Assembly (NCBI GenBank): GCA_040954595.2
Contig: CM082585.2
Span: forward strand, 7,975,353 to 8,039,352
Source of the DNA: Balanoglossus misakiensis
Lineage: Eukaryota; Animalia; Hemichordata
Reading direction: 5' to 3'
DNA: 64,000 bases
In this document: piece by piece, positions 57,707-64,000 of the stretch
Numbering within the stretch: the stretch's first letter is position 1
Layout of the letters: each line of letters begins with the position of its first letter
Made by a program: the position numbers and the translations under genes
Notes under the pieces: model-generated
Databases searched by the model: none
Told to the model about the DNA's origin: nothing
The model's input: the letters and a program-made list of their open reading frames with translations, nothing else

Positions 57707-59660
57707 CATAGTCTTCCTCTTCGTGGAAGGGCCCTCTGAAAAAGCATTGATCCTCCATTTAAAATCCCAGCAGTAGCAGTATCCGCAACAGATGTTTTTT
57801 TTTCGGAAAACAGCCTACTGTATTAATTTGTGACAGGTCTTCATCAAGGCTATACTTTCACTGCCTCTTTATTATATCATTTTAGTAATGTAGCAAGTTG
57901 TATTGCACAATGTGGAAGTAACGTACTCTTGAAAAATAAAAGAATAAAACGGTGTAGAGAGTGTGTCGCTTACTTCTTTCACCCTCTTGGGTTGGCATGG
58001 GTATGTTGGACACCCGAAACGAGCCAAGCCAGCCAATATGAAAGTGCAGGACATGAAGTGGGACATATTAAACACACGAAATTCCCCTCTGTGATATGGC
58101 GATTTTAGTGTACAGTTTGTACATGTATTTCGAGTGTTGTTGCACGATATAAATATTTGTCACATGTTTTTGAAACCCTATAAAGTGGCCCAAAATAACA
58201 GCGATTGTGCAACCGTACCAGCAGTATGAAAGTGCGCCCTCCTATGACAATTTCTAACTAGTCAGCGAAACAAAATGGCGGCTCACGAGCGAACGTAAAT
58301 ACAGAAGACGGCTGGTGTACTTTTGGGTAACGCTGAAAAATTGGTAGGTATTAGGCGTAATTTTATCTTCAAATGCCCCTCACGTCCCCATTTATTCCTG
58401 TGTCGTATTCCTAGCCAAAACAATTTTCCAGATCTGCCATAATTTGCAAATGACGCCCGGCACGGTCAGTCAGGGATCTTCTCAAAAAGTGTCACGTACA
58501 CACTGTACAGACGTCAGACCGCACTCACAGATTCCCCGTGGGGCGGATCAAGCAAACATTTAACAGTAACTGATGGCTTAGCGTTAGCATCGGTGCTTTC
58601 ACACTGATTATATAGGGAATCTTGGTAGATATCACAGAGAAGCAGATCCCACACCTGCCCGGGTAACGCCCACATCAAAACACAACATCATTATGTAATA
58701 CGCTGTGCGGTAAACCATGCAATGGATACACGAACTTGTTTGTGATATAACATTTCATAACTGTGTATGCAAAACTAACAACCTCTATTTAGATTGTAAA
58801 TGATCTCAGTTCATGGAATAACCCTAAACAAAAGAAACTGAATAACAAATTGGATACTTTGGTTGCTAGGTAAGAATATGAATAAAGTCTAAAATATTCT
58901 TGCTTTGTCAAAAATTAGAGGTGTATGAACTGATATCATGTTCTTATTTCTAGTTATCCCTTTGGTATGTCAAATAATCTACTGATTGTAAAAATGATAA
59001 AGCTTTACATTGTAGTTTTATCTTGTGGGGAAAATGTACATGTTTTCAATTAAAAGGAATTTCTTCTGGAGGCAAAGTTAATCTTAAAGGAGCCTAGCAA
59101 CAATCAAGCGTCACCTGGCAATTTGCCTGGTGACTGTTAAATGCAAGGTGTGACCCCCACTGGTGGTAGACTAAAGGCAGTGGAAAGGCATTCAGTCCGT
59201 GCTTTGTGAAAATTAATCCTGGTCTCTTACTGTGGTGCCCAAGTCTGGACATTTGCAGTAACTTGTCTATGCGCGATATTTTGCCAGCGTTCACTACAGA
59301 GCTGTGATAAGAATCTATGAGGACTTGGCAACATTTGCCAGGGATTTATATCTTTGTCAGCCATGTCTGCTTATTCCTTGATTTTGTAGGTTTTCCTTTG
59401 GAAGTTTGTTTTGACGCATAACACCAATGCACTTGGTTTATCCATGAAACTGTCCATTTGTCATTGGCATTGCATTGTTGTCTTCTGCAAAAACGACATT
59501 TGATGGATTACAGCTAGATAGAAAAAAACTTCTTGCTTTATTCATTTATTGAATCAAGACTTTTAAAGCCAGTAATGTTTTATTCACTGCCAGTTGATTT
59601 TGCCAGATGCCAGAAGTTATCACTCACGATAATTATTGTCTCTGTTTTCTTTTCAGAAAT

Positions 59661-63438
<3,778 letters not shown>

Positions 63439-63719
63439 CCGTCTTCTGGCCAGTATGCTTAAAGGTATGCGGCCACCTATGCAAATTTAAAGCCACAGTC
63501 ACCATGGAAAGTTGAGATCTAACCAACCACAGATTGTCAGTGGTTGGCCACGCAAAAATATGCACCCCTATATGGTCATTCTGCATCTGATGCCTAGACA
63601 TGCCTTTCTGACCATATATGGGTGTATGTAAATTAGAAGTGACTATTCCTACAACTTTCAGGCCTATAGTAACAATGTTTCCCTGTATACTGGCTTTTTT
63701 GTGCAATCTCTGAGGAACA

Positions 63720-63811
63720 GTAAACCTTTCACCCCTGTTTCCCTGTGCAGAGGTCCAACTTCACCATAGAAAACAATCGATTTGGACCAAGCCACAGTTG
63801 TGTAAGGGTAC
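63720..63811. mobile_element. MITE copy (TTAA ~92-bp family) in the RCBTB 3' region
   Basis: TAAACCTTTCACCCC..AGAGGTCCAACTT..ATAGAAAACAAT.GATTTGGACCAA..TTGTG.AAGGGT matches 29164-29255. Confidence 0.7.
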
Positions 63812-64000
63812 GTAGATTAGTGATTTAACAGTACTTTTGATATTGCCTCAGTTTGTATAAGTTATCATATCATCAGTCAACCTGTTTTAAAGCCCCTATA
63901 GCTGCCATTTTTTGCACAGTAAGAGAGTGAAGTATTTTATCAATGTAAAATATGCTGAAAGTGGCAGCTATTGGAACTTTAACGGAATGTATGAAGAAGG

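Overview
This is not a prokaryotic window. It is intron-rich, gene-dense animal genomic DNA, most consistent with a marine invertebrate deuterostome (hemichordate or echinoderm; this is an inference from gene content and repeat style). Most short ORFs in the supplied track are spurious, so I built spliced gene models by hand from GT/GC-AG signals and reading-frame continuity. Left to right: two tandem MS4A/CD20-like four-TM genes (-); an intronless serpin with an N-terminal type II membrane anchor (+); an intronless BTB-BACK-Kelch gene (+); a small spliced transcript of unclear coding status (+); ITM2/BRICHOS (-); CCDC160-like (-); UBXN7 (-); TPT1/TCTP (-) with an intronic H/ACA snoRNA candidate; RBMX2 (-); a 107-aa Gly/Cys-rich CaaX microprotein (+); a decayed LINE; two intronless class A GPCR paralogs, each downstream of a near-identical ~650-bp non-coding block (+); DIPK2A (-) with two consecutive GC-AG introns; a 9-exon BAR-domain gene (+); and RCBTB1/2 (+). 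The most striking observation is the 9-exon gene at 54132-57706. Its N-terminal half aligns closely with the fungal eisosome proteins Pil1/Lsp1 (one single-residue gap over the first ~85 aligned residues), and it carries an animal-style SH3/phosphotyrosine docking tail. All homology calls come from recalled sequences and motifs; no database search was run.
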